Of a stretch of 64,000 nt of DNA, positions 39,261 through 50,830 are shown one piece after another. The notes under the pieces are model-generated. The model was not told the origin of the DNA. It ran no database searches and saw nothing but the letters and a program-made list of their open reading frames with translations. The position numbers and the translations under genes were made by a program. Origin of the DNA: Lama glama (lineage: Eukaryota); the NCBI GenBank assembly GCA_028534125.1, contig CM052817.1, positions 31,932,001 through 31,996,000 on the forward strand, written 5' to 3'. The first letter of the stretch is position 1, and each line of letters opens with the position of its first letter.

Positions 39261-39918
39261 CACAAGCAGCCCTCTGTAAGCTCACTTAAACACACTAAGC
39301 ATTAATTATGTGTCAGGCACTGCCCTAGGCAGTTAGGTTACATCAACGAACAAAAGAGAAGAAGATTCCTGCCCTTCTCATAGCTTATATGCTAACAAGG
39401 AACAGTAGATAAAATAGGTAAATTATGGGGCATGAAAAGGTGAGAGAAGCTACGGAAGAAAAAGTAGAGAAGAATCGCAGAGCGAAGGCAAGTGCCGGGG
39501 GTGGCAGAGGTTGCAATTTTTGAACAGTGAGAACACTTCTTGTTAAAAGGGTGACATGTTAACAAAGATCTGCAGACTCAGCCAGGTAGGTATCAGGAAT
39601 AAGCACGTTCCAGCCATAGGAAGAGTCATCACAAAGGCCCTGAAGTGGGAACATGCCTGGCACATTAGAGCAAGAACAAGGATGATTAGAGCAAATGGGT
39701 GAGGGAAAGAGTCCCAAGGAAAAAAAAAGATTAGAGAGGTTAACGAGGGACCAGCTCAGGTAGGGCTGCAGGCAACTGTGCTCTGGGGAGCCACAGCAGG
39801 GTTTGCAGAAGAGGAACACAATTGTCATACATTTAAAAGGATCATTCTGGCTACTGTGCTGAGAACAGAGCACAGGGGAGAAGCACTGACGCAGGGGAAC
39901 TCTCAGTAGGAGGCTATT

Positions 39919-40467
39919 TGTGACTGAAGTGTTAGCAAAACTCCTGTCTTTCAGCAGAAGTTGCTCCTGGATTTCAGTTCACCTTCTAGCTCTGTTCCCC
40001 TGGAAACCATACAGGCAGAATGTCAGCTGTGTTACTAGGCAACATTGATGACCATTGGTAAATTGCTTGCGATGGAAGAACTATAAATACCAGGTGAGCG
40101 GCTGTAACTTTGGACTTCTCTTAGTGCAATGGCTCCTGTAATTGGGCACATACCTTGTAGGGACCCTGGAAGCGATGCTTACGGGTTGTTACAAAAGATA
40201 ATGGCTCTTAGGGAACATGGGGCTCCTAAGCAAAGTTAGTTACATATCTAAGCTTCACGTGGAAGAGGGGAGAGGCACAGAGAATGGTTCTGGCTGTTCT
40301 GTGAGATTGCTACAAGGACTACTTCCAAAGAGAATATCTGACGCTTCACTGCTGGTAAGCTGTGTTTCCTGTTCCATATCCTATTAAGTGAATCTGTTGT
40401 CCAATGTGGCCTATGGCAATCCATACATCTGCCTGAGTCTAAGACAATTCCCTGGACAGGCATTGCT
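39919..40467. mobile_element. Unclassified ~550-bp solo-LTR-like insertion in L2
   Basis: Cleanly interrupts L2. Starts TG, imperfect 5-bp TSD CTATT/CTGTT, internal CTATAAATA at ~40081. Confidence 0.55.
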
Positions 40468-40729
40468 CTGTTGCAGTAACCCAGGCAAGAAAGGCAGTGA
40501 CTTGGACCACGATGGTAGTGGAGTAATTAGGAAAAAGTAGTAAGATTGGATATATAACTTGAAGGGAGAGCTTATAGGATCTTCTAATGAATAAAATGAG
40601 GGATGTGTGAGAAAGAATAAAGTTAGGGATAATGTCAAGCAACTAGAAAGATGGAGTGAAAAATCTGGGGGAGGGAGGACTGGAGAACAGGAGTTCAATT
40701 TTAGACAAGTTAATTTTGAGTTGAGGGTC

Positions 40730-41050
40730 ATTCATCATCTCACTTTCTTCTCAATGACCCCAAATGGCTGCAGCAGCTCCACATATCATGAGCTCACATA
40801 ACCACATCCAGAAGAAGGGGTGTGCCTTCATAAACTAAAGGAAACCTGACTCCCAGAGGCCTTCCATTATATGTCACCATGCCTAAGCCAATCAGTGGCT
40901 GGGAGAAGGGAACTAACACGATTGACTTTAGGCTGAGCAACATCTACAAACTGCCCCTCTGGGTTGGAGGGGAGCCCATGAAGCAAATGAGTAAAGCTGG
41001 GCTTCTTTCAGCAAGGAAAGAGAAGAATGAATAATAGGTGCGGTGTCTGT
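40730..41050 (-). mobile_element. MLT1 (MaLR) LTR fragment
   Basis: aaatggctgcagcagctcca...cctaagccaatcagtgg motifs. Confidence 0.6.
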
Positions 41051-41269
41051 CAAAGATATCATCCAGGGTTTTGAATGAACCATCCACGTTGATGTTAAGA
41101 TCACCCAGAATAAAAGAAGATCAGTAATAAAGTATAGATACAGAGTAAAACAGGGAGCAAGGTGATGAATGAATAAAAGAAGTGACCTACCCTCTGTTCC
41201 ATAAGAAAGACATCCAGACAAATCTGGAGAAATTTCATAACCAAAAAATTATTCTAAATGATTTGAGGG

Positions 41270-41730
41270 AAAACCAAGAATTAAGAATCTGACTAAAATC
41301 AAACTCTCAACTGTAGAAGACAGAGCAATGTCTGGAAAACTTCCAGAGTGAAATAATTTTGACCTAGACTTTTACGTCCAAATGATCAAGTGACAGGGCA
41401 GAATAAAGACATTTTCAGACAGGTAAGGACATTACTTGAGGGTATTCTCTAGCAAACAAGAAAGATAACCAATAAAGTAGACATGAGAACACAAGAAACA
41501 GTGGAAATGATCCAAAAGTGAAATGAAAAAGAAATCCCAGAACGGCAGCTGTGCAGCACAACTAGACAATAATTCATCCTATTAAGACAGAAAATTAGTG
41601 AACTCCATGAAAGGGAAAGAGGAACGGATTCTGTTCAAAAGACAGAATAACTAAGAAGCTGGCTTAATGACAGGAATGTGTTTCTTTTCTCAACAGAAAA
41701 AAAAACTATATAAGCAACAGAAAATTCCAA
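41270..41730 (+). mobile_element. L1 ORF1/HAL1-like remnant
   Basis: gaaataattttgacctagactttta...gggcagaataaagacattttcagac. Confidence 0.5.
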
Positions 41731-41731
41731 G

Positions 41732-42025
41732 CTGTCTACCCACAGCTTTTCCTCCCTCATTCCTTGCTAAAGGAACATAATTTTGTCTTTTTTTTTTAAG
41801 ACAGCAGGTGAGAAGCACAGGATTAGGAAAGGTAGCCCTGCTCCCAGACCCATGGGATGAATCACTTCAGGTCTAAACTAGCCCTGGAAATCCCATTCTC
41901 CTCTGCCAGCAATTGGCCAGAGCAATTGAGGTGAACAAATAACTCAGTTTAGGCCAATGAGACTTACAGGAAAGTCACCTGGGGAGCTTCTCAGAAAGGC
42001 TTTCCTCCAAGATAAAGAGAGATCT
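41732..42025 (+). mobile_element. MLT1 (MaLR) LTR fragment
   Basis: ggatgaatcac...cagtttaggccaatgagac...ggaaagtcacctggggagcttct. Confidence 0.55.
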
Positions 42026-42039
42026 GATAGGGGGAGGGG

Positions 42040-42740
42040 AGGATATTTGCTATGAAGAGCATTATTGAGCAACTGGTGAATTTGAATATGGACTGTATAT
42101 TCGATAATAGTAGTATATCATGATAGACATGGAAATGTACCATTCACATCCAAACAACTCACTACCAGGTGTGAGAAGTGTGGTTAAGCTGTTAGCTTTA
42201 TCAGAGTGGGCTTCAGCCTTCAAGAAGGTCTCGCTGTTCTCCAGATAGTTCTCAGCCCATAACTGAGCAACGCAAGGTACAGGACAAGCAATCTCTGCCC
42301 AACAGGGAACTCATCTAGTGGACAGTCTTGACCCCAGATCTGCTCCTTGTGCTGCCAGACAGGGTGTCATCACACCTGACAGCCCAATCCCAGTCCTGTG
42401 TTTACTTCTGTGCAGTACTAATTCTGGCTCAGCATCTGCTTCCCAGAGACCTCAACCCGTGACAATTAAATTTCCTGAATTCAATCATTGTTACGTGATC
42501 GTACCTCTCCTTAGGCAATATGCGGTGAAGCATTTTGGGGTAAAGAATCATGATCTCTGCAAGCTTCTCTCAAAAGATTCACCAAAATAAAGACAACTGG
42601 ATCTAGATCTATAGAGACAAAGACAAAGATAAAGGCAAATATAGGTAAATGTTTATAACTGATGAATCCAGGTGAAAGTTAGACGGTTCATATTACTAGT
42701 CTCCCAACTGTTTTGTCTTAAAATTTTTCAAAAATACATT
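42040..42740 (+). mobile_element. L1ME-type 3' end, interrupted by an LTR16-like LTR
   Basis: tttgaatatggactgtatatt...tatca|attaaatttcctga continuity across the insert. Confidence 0.7.
42121..42464 (+). mobile_element. LTR16-like ERVL solo LTR
   Basis: TG...CA ends, with terminal ctcagcatctgcttcccagagacctcaacccgtgaca. Confidence 0.7.
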
Positions 42741-43369
42741 TTAAAAGGCGAGAAGATCCAAAAGAAGCACCCATCCTATCCCCTTCCTCCTGCCTTTTAG
42801 TAAGTGAAAAAAAGATACACAGCAGCCACTGGCAGTGAGAGAAGGGGCGGGACCATCAGATACGCCACCTGTGGTCGGACACTCTGTCAAATGCTGCCAA
42901 AAACAACCAAAATGACACACCAGGAAAAACAAAAAAGCTATTCAAGGAAGTAATGATTCAAGTGTAAAAACATACATATGACACGATTTTGAGGAACTGA
43001 TAGATTACAGGAAAAGAGAACGCATTTGTCTTTGACTCTAGGAACATCAATCTTCCATTGGCATGGGGTCACGACACTGGCCTGGAGAAAAAGAAATGTA
43101 ACCATGACTCCCTCTTCGCTCTGCAATTAATATTTGCATTATAATTAAAAGCGGTAGGACCAACATAAAAACAAAGCACCAAAGATCTCATTAACGTTAC
43201 AGCACAGAATATAAATATTTCCAACCTTGTCAGTATAAAAGGTACAGCTGATGGAAGTGGGGCGATGGAGTTGGGGAGGGCAGAAGAAGCAATAAAAAAG
43301 CACAATTTCAATTTTGAATCCCGTAAGACTAGAAATCTCTAAACATAATCCACTTGACTCATTTTTTCC

Positions 43370-44775
43370 AGCTTTTTATTGAGATAGTTCACATACCATA
43401 AAATTCACCAATTTATTCACTTTTGATTAGAATCTTTGTCTTATTACTGAGTTGTAAGAGTTTTTTATACAACCTTGATACAAGTCCCTTATTAGATACG
43501 ACTTGCAAATATTTTCTCCCATTTTGTAGGTTGTCTCTTCACTTTCTTGATGGTATCCTTTGAGGAACAAAAGTTTTTAATTTTGGGGGGAGGCTATAGC
43601 TCAAGGGGTAGACTGCATGCTTAGCATGCAGGAGGTCCTGGGTTCAATCCCCAGTACCTCCTCTAAATATAAATAAATGAATAAACCTAATTACCTCTCC
43701 CCTCAAGAAAAAAAGGTCTTAATTTTGATGAAGTCCAACTTTCTTACTTTATCTTTTGTTGATTGTGCTTTTAGTGTTACATGTAAGAAGGTTTTGCCAG
43801 ACTTAAGATCACTAAGATTAATTCATATTTTCTTCTAAGAATGCTGTAATTTTAGCCGTTACATTTAGGTCTATAATACATTTTTAGTTAATTTTTGTGT
43901 ATGGTGTGAGGAAGAGGTTTAAATTACTTCTTTTGCATGTGGAGCTCCAGATGCCTCAGCACCATTTGCTGAAAAGGCTATTCATTACCTGTTGAATTGT
44001 CTTGGTACCTTTATCAAATAAAAAGTATTAGCTGATCATAGAGTTTATTTCTGAACTCTCAATACTATTCAGTTGATTTATAAGTACTGACATTTTTTTA
44101 AATTAAGGTAAAAGCTACATAATACAAAATTAGCCATTTAAAGTGGACACTTCAATGGCATTTAATACATTCACAATGTTTTGCAAGCAACAACACCTCT
44201 ATCTAGTTCTGAAATATTTTCACCACCCCAAGAGGAAACCCATACCCATTAGGCAGTCACTCCACATTCCCCATGCCCCTGGTAACCACGAAACTGATTT
44301 ATGTCTCTATGGACTTACTTGTCCTGGAGAGTTCATATCAATGGAATCATAAAATATGTGATCTTTTGTGTCCAACTTCATTCACTAAGCATAATGTTTG
44401 AGGTTCCTGCACTTTGAAGCACTTATCAGTACTTCATTTTATGGCTGAATAATATTCCACCATATACATATACCAAACTTTGGTTATCCATTCATCAATT
44501 GATTATATTTGGTTGTTTCTACCTTTTAGCTAATGTAAACTGCTATGTAAGTACTACTATGAGCATTCATGTACAAGTATTTCTTTGAATACCTGTTTTC
44601 AATTTTGGGAGGTATATACACAGGAATGGAATATCTTGGTCATAAATTTAGGTTTAATTGTTTGCGTCAACCTGTTTTCCACAGTAGCTGTACCATTCCA
44701 AACTCCTACCAACAATGAACAAGTGTTCCAATTTCTCTACATCCTCGTCAAAACTCAATTCTTTTCTGTTTTCTG
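43370..44775 (-). mobile_element. L1 fragments (ORF2 3' part and L1MB-type 3' end)
   Basis: ttgcaaatattttctcccatt...tttgtgtatggtgtgagg and ttttatggctgaataatattcca motifs. Confidence 0.9.
43585..43712 (+). mobile_element. tRNA-Ala-derived SINE (vic-1-like) nested in L1
   Basis: ggggggaggctatagctca...gcttagcatgcaggaggtcctgggttcaatccccagtacctcc, tail aaacctaattacctc, imperfect TSD aaagtttttaatttt/aaaggtcttaatttt. Confidence 0.92.
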
Positions 44776-44789
44776 ACTCATTTTCTAAT

Positions 44790-45470
44790 GTCACATCCAG
44801 AACTCAGCACAATACGCCACACGTAGTCCGGACAGTACAGAATGAAGTAAGACTAACACCTTTCCTCTTCTGACTCTCCTCCCCCAGCAGTCCTGATGAT
44901 GATTCTTTGAAGCCTTTCTTGTAGTCAGATTACATTTTATATCCATATCAAGTTCATTAATAGTAATTAAAATATCTAAGTTGTTTGTATTCAACCACAA
45001 CTCCTTCATGCCTACAATTACGCAGCTGTTTTCTGAGCACATATCCAGGGCTTTACATCAAGCTCCATTAAGATATCATGCCAAATGCGGCCCACTGTTT
45101 CACTCAGAAATACAATTTTCAAAAGTTAACCCTAAAAATTTCATTTCATCCAAAACCTTGGTAGGCATGGTATCAATGTTTTCACTCACACCATTATAAA
45201 AACATGGGCAGTGACCTGCAGCATGTCACCAGAAATTTTTCTCCAGGTGTCATCAATTCATTTATTAATTTTTAGAGGTGCTACACAATCACATTTCCAC
45301 CTAATTTTATGGTCACCAGCCCAGTCTCCCCATGTCAACAGAGAGAAATGTTATAAAATGGCTTGCTAAAATCCAATTATACTGTATTCTCTCAACCCAC
45401 AGTCTAATAATCCTATCTAAAAAGAAGTAAGCTTAGTCTAACGTAATTGTCCTTAGCAAGCCCATGTAAT
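44790..45470 (-). mobile_element. L3/CR1 LINE remnant
   Basis: cagaactcagcacaatac...; aaatggcttgctaaaatcca...taatcctatc...ttagtct...gcccatg resemble CR1 RT in reverse. Confidence 0.6.
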
Positions 45471-46339
45471 ACCTTCCTTTAAAAATATGATCATGGTCAG
45501 TGTGTTTAGTACTTATAACACAATGAACTCAGATTAGATCATACTAGGTTTCCATTCATATTTTGAGATTTAATACATTAAAATATAATACAATGAAAAA
45601 GCAATATGTATCACTTAAGGCAATCCAGGGAATAAAGACATCTCATGTGTTATACTTCACATTATCAAGACAAATATGTTGTCAACTTACTGTAATTTAT
45701 ATTTATGTCTTTAAAATTCTACAAGAGTTTCTCCTCAACCATAAAAAGGTCAAGAGGGAAAAAAAAATTTTTTTCCAACATGCTCACAAAAAATAATAAG
45801 TAATAAGATAATAAACTAGTAAACTTTAAATTTTGTGTTTCTAATAACATATTTTATTGAAACCAATTTCCCCAGTTCTTTTAAGAGCACATTCCTAGCT
45901 TAAAAATCTTTTACAAAGCCTTCAGAGATGGTTAAAGTCTAAAACAGCCTCTCTCTGCCCTTTCATGAAACCTACCACTATCTCTACCACTCACTTCACC
46001 ACTCAGTCATCTGATGCTTGGTAGTTATTGTTAACTGATAAATATTATCTATAAGAGGATCCTGACACATTCTTTTCTAACGTCATCACAACTGACATAG
46101 AAAAGGTAAGCACTCAAATTCTTTTCATTTATACTGCATATTATAAACCTATAAAGAATTAAAGTGAAATTGTCTGATAAATCTGAAGACATCTTGGAAT
46201 CCTCTGTTTCTTCCCTTTCTAAAAAGGGAAAACTAGGCCCAGAGAAAGAGATGTTGAAAATGACAAGAGTAAAATTCAGTAGGTTGTGTTAAGAGAGAAG
46301 GAATATTTATTTAACTCCTAATATGTATTAAGTAAGCAC

Positions 46340-46781
46340 TGTACCAGTTTCCTATTGTGGTGGTAACAGACGTATCCAAAATAGGTCTCATGGGGCTAAA
46401 ATCAAAGTGTCAGCAAGCTGCATTCCTAACCAGAAGCTCTCAGGAGAATCCAACTTCTTGCCTTTATCGGTTTCTAGAAGCTGCTCCAACTCCCAGCCCC
46501 TTTCTATCTTCAAAGCCAGCAATGGCTGTTCAGTTCCCTCTCACGATGCCATCTCTCTGGTTCTGACTCTTCCGCCTCCTGCTTCTGCTCTTAAAGACCC
46601 TTGTGATTACATTAGGCCTACCTGGTAACCTAGGATACTCTCCCTATTTTAAAATTAGCTGATTAGCAAACTTAATTCATCTGAAACGTAAATTCCCTTC
46701 TGCCCCATAACACGACATTCACAGGTTCCACGGATTACGATGTGGACATCTTTGGGGAGGCCATTATTTCTGCCCACCACG
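46340..46781 (-). mobile_element. MLT1C-like MaLR solo LTR inserted in a MIR
   Basis: tgtaccagtttcctatt...gacatctttggggaggccattatttctgcccaccac, perfect TSD AGCAC at 46335-46339 and 46782-46786. MIR resumes to ~47030. Confidence 0.88.
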
Positions 46782-47425
46782 AGCACTATGCTGTGTGCTT
46801 AATTTTTATCTTTTTACTTAATCCCTACTACAACTCTATGAGGGAAATCCTCTTCTATTCATTTTATACATGAGGAATCTGAAGTTACCCATGGCACTTT
46901 TAGAGATTTTAAATAACTTAACCCAAACTGCCAGGCGTACTGGAGATACTTCTAGAAATGTTTGTGGAACTGAACCAGGAGAATCAGGATTCAGATAGCA
47001 CGGCCTACACTGGCCTGTTTCTAAAGCTCTAACTCTCTTTCTGTGTGTGCGTGTGTGCATGTGTGTCTCTGTGTGTGTTTGGGAGTGAAGAGGAATGTAC
47101 AAAAAGTAAGGTTTTTCTTGCCCCCTACTTTTACCAAAACCATCTCTCATCACTTTATATTTGAGATCTCTGTGTATGATTTTGTTTAAAAAAAAAAAAA
47201 GAAAAGGTTTTTAAATCTCTTTACACCATGCTACATTCCATTTAGGCCTTGGTATATGACATCAAAAGTTAACAAGGCTAAAATTATGTGAAAAGGTGAC
47301 ATGTCAGATGTGAAAATCCAACACATTTATGTATACCTGAATCACCTCTTACCTATTTTAAATTAATATCATAGTTTAAATTTGTCGATTCCTTCCAAAA
47401 TTGTACAATTCTAAGGTCCAGATTT

Positions 47426-47570
47426 CTTTTAATTTGGGGTGGGGGGGGCTCTTGGGGTGGGGGAGGGGATTAGGTTTATTTATTTACTTTTAGAGGAAGT
47501 ACTGGAATTTGAATCCAGGGCCTTGTGCATGCTAAGCATGCACTCTACGACTTGAGCTATACCCACCCCC
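47426..47570 (-). mobile_element. tRNA-Ala-derived SINE (vic-1-like)
   Basis: Reverse-strand gcatgctaagcatgcactctac...tgagctatacccacccc head and attaggtttatttattt tail. Confidence 0.9.
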
Positions 47571-48696
47571 TCTTTAGGGTCTTGATTTGAACATATAAAT
47601 TATTTTTGTAACTATTTCAAGCATTCAGATAAATCTCCCAAGGTGTAATATATTGGATTACATATTATCAACAGTTTAATGTCTTGACACAAATAACCCA
47701 TTATTTTTCAGGGTACCATCAGCCATATGGGAACATATCTTGATAATTGACTTCCAGGTGTCCCTTCTCATCTAATAATGAACTCTTATGACATTCCTTG
47801 GCCCTTCCCTAAACACTTGGGTAACAATAATTTTCTTTTTATATCCTGAAAATAATCTGCAAATACAGGATGGAGATCAGGGAAGGGATCTGTGATTGAT
47901 GGCAGAAGCCTCAGTGTCGAATGGTTGTCAAAGGTCTTGACTGAACTTTTACCTCTAACGCACCCATTTTTAATCTTTCCTGGGTCATGGCCTCTGTTTT
48001 GAGAATCTGCGGACCTCTCACTAGAAAAATGCACATGAACACATACTCAAAATTTTTCATACAACTTATTTTATTGCATTTTAAATTGATTGCCATTAGA
48101 GACCATATGAAACCAGTCTATGCAAAGATAATTGTATGTTTCATTTTCAGTTTTGTGCCAAGTTTTGTTACACCCAGGAACAAAATCCAAAGTATGCAAT
48201 AAAACAAACCAAATTTTAATTATTTTCAACAAACAGATACCAAAGCGCTGCTGGCTGCTGGCTGTGGTGCCTCTGATGCCAAAGCACAACTTCAGGAGAA
48301 AACCCACCCCTTTTACAGTGTCCTCCCGAGAGAGCCGGGGAAACACAGGTGTGAGAGAGAGATCTCAGGTCCCGACAGTCAAGGAAGAACAACGTTGACT
48401 GAATTTAATGAGTGTTTCCCAAAGCAGTAACATTTTCTACTTGTATATACTTATAAAAAAGGAAGGATGTGGTATCAGAAATTAGAAGATACTAAGATAA
48501 ATTTAAATATTTAGGGAAAAACCACCAGGCCTGGGATGTTCCTACTACTTAGACATGCAAAACGTATTAAGTTCAAAGTGGAGTACATGCACTCCTTGAA
48601 GGAAAGGAGATCAAGCCAATAAAGGAAGAAGAAAATACCAGAAGATTATATATATGTGTTATCTCACATCTGAATTTCAGCTTTACTAATATTCAC

Positions 48697-49234
48697 TGTG
48701 TGAGACTGACACCAGCACCCTCTCTTGGTCTTGGTCAGGCTGCTTTGGTCTTGTGGCATTTATGTGGAGTCTGCTGCGTACATTGCTCAGCTCACTTGAC
48801 TTTCGTCTACCCACAGACAATTAGAAAGGCGCCTTTTAAGTCAGGGGGGTGAGCACAGCTGTGGAAATACGAGATTTCTCCACAGCGTCATTCCAGCATC
48901 CATCCCCCAGCTTCCTGGGTGACCAGAAGCAGCAGCAGCAGAGGCGTCTTGATCTGACTTCCTAATCCTGGATGGCAGCTAGGAGGCTGTCCTGCAGTTT
49001 CCAGAGTGTCTGGAGGTGAATGCAGCAGCAACAGGGGTGGCACAAGGTCCAGACTCCAGCTTAGGTCCTGGAGTGCCCTGTGAGGTGCCCTGGTGGGTTG
49101 CCTCTGAACTACTGCCCTAAAACCCGCTGTTAGGCCCTTGTAACATTTCTGTAAGCACCTAATCCATTGTATTAAACCTCTTCTAGCTTAAAATAATCAG
49201 AAGGGTTTCTGTTTGTGACTCTGACTCCCCACAC
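48697..49234 (+). mobile_element. LTR41-like ERVL LTR
   Basis: ttctgtaagcacctaat...tgtATTAAAcctcttctagcttaaaata...ggtttctgttt terminus. Confidence 0.65.
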
Positions 49235-49559
49235 AGTATCGCAGAGGGTAAAAAATCTCTGAAGGGAAAGGTAGCTGTTTCCCACCCTAGAGGGGTTGTT
49301 TGTGATGTCCTCACCTGTTCACTTTCAGCAGATCACAACATGCTGTGGCCCGCATGGACCCAAGTGCAGATCTCATGAGAAGTATGATATCACTCGCGAG
49401 TGGATTTTTAAGATTTTTGCAAAGAAAGGCCGATTAAGCATAATGTTAATACAGCAAGATACAAGCAAGCAATAAGAAAATGGTCGAGCTAACAACTGCC
49501 TGTTACCAATACCAGTGCTTTATCAAAACCTGTTAAGATAAAGATGTGCTTATCTTGTA

Positions 49560-50830
49560 AAACATACACTATAAAACCTTTAGAAGAAAACACAGGAAAA
49601 AAAATCTTTGACACCTAGGGCCTGGTGAAGAGTCCAGAGACATGACACCAAAAGTACAATCAGAAAAGAAAAAAACAACGATTAAATACACTACCTGAAA
49701 ATTTAAAACTTTTTTGCTCTGTAAAAGACCCTGTTAAGAGGATGAAGACAAGTTATTGATGGGAAGAAAAACTGTGCCAACCACTTATCTAGTGAAAGAC
49801 TTACACTGACAATACATAAAGAACCCTCAAAACTCAACAATGAAAAAAAAATTCAATTTGCTCATTAGGGAAACAGTTAATTTGCCCACTAGGGAAAGGC
49901 AAATTAAAACCACAATGAGATATCACTACACAACTATTAAAATGACTGATTTTTTTTAAATAGTGAAAATAATCAAATTCTGGCAAGCATATGGAGAAGC
50001 TAGAGCTTTCATACATTGCTGTTGGGAAAAAACAGCCACCCTGAAAAACAGTCTGGCAGTTTCTTGTAAAACTAAACATCACTTATAATACAACCCAGCT
50101 ATTACACTCTTGGACATTTACATTTACACCAGAGAAATGAAAACTTATGTTCACACAAAAAACCTATACACAAAGGTGCACAGCAGCTTTATTTGTAACA
50201 GCCAAAACCTGGAAACAACTCATCCGCCCTTCGACAGGTGAATGGTTAAACAAACTGTGCACTGTGATATATCCATACACTGAACGCAACTCAGCAATAA
50301 AAAGAAATGAACCACTGTACTGATACATACGACAACATGGATGGTTCTCCATGGAGATGAATGAAAAGAAGTTGATCTCAAAAGGTTACATGCAGCATGA
50401 TTCCATTTAAGTTACATTCTCGAAATGATGCAATTATAGAGATGGAGAACAAATTACTGGTTGCCAGTAAATAGAGATGGGGTGGGTGAGGAAGGAGGAA
50501 ACCTTGAGCTGCATGAAGGTGTTTCTTGGCAGGGATGGAATAGTACTGTATCTTGATTGTGGAGCTGGTTAAATGAATCTAGGCACGAAATGTTATCAAA
50601 TTGCATAGAACTATACACACACATACACATGAATGAGTGCATTAAAAACCATGAAATCTGACTATGGCTACTTAACAGTACTGCACTAATGTCAGTTTCC
50701 TGGTTTAATGTTGTTATAAATACATGTGTTATGTAAGATACTACAACCGGGGAACACAATGAAGGTTACATCGGACTCCCTGTACTATTTTTGCAATATC
50801 TCATGAGTTTATAATTATTTCAAAAAAAAA
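49560..50830 (+). mobile_element. L1 ORF2 end plus 3'UTR (L1MB/MD-type)
   Basis: ctataaaacctttagaagaaaacacagga...gcaaattaaaaccacaatgagatatcacta...aaaacttatgttcacacaaaaacct. Confidence 0.9.

Larger units (their letters stand above)
39285..41170 (-). mobile_element. L2 LINE, fragmented by two LTR insertions
   Basis: tatgtgtcaggcactg...aaaggatcattctggct...ggaggctatt|gcagtaacccagg...caggagttcaattttagac. Confidence 0.8.

Noticed and set aside
42860..42876. CTCF-like ACCACAGGTGGCG
   Set aside because: Mismatches at conserved 5' core positions.
43585..43660. tRNA-Ala(AGC)-like sequences (also 22769 and others)
   Set aside because: SINE heads: they have family tails, TSDs and stem-breaking substitutions, so they are not called tRNA genes.
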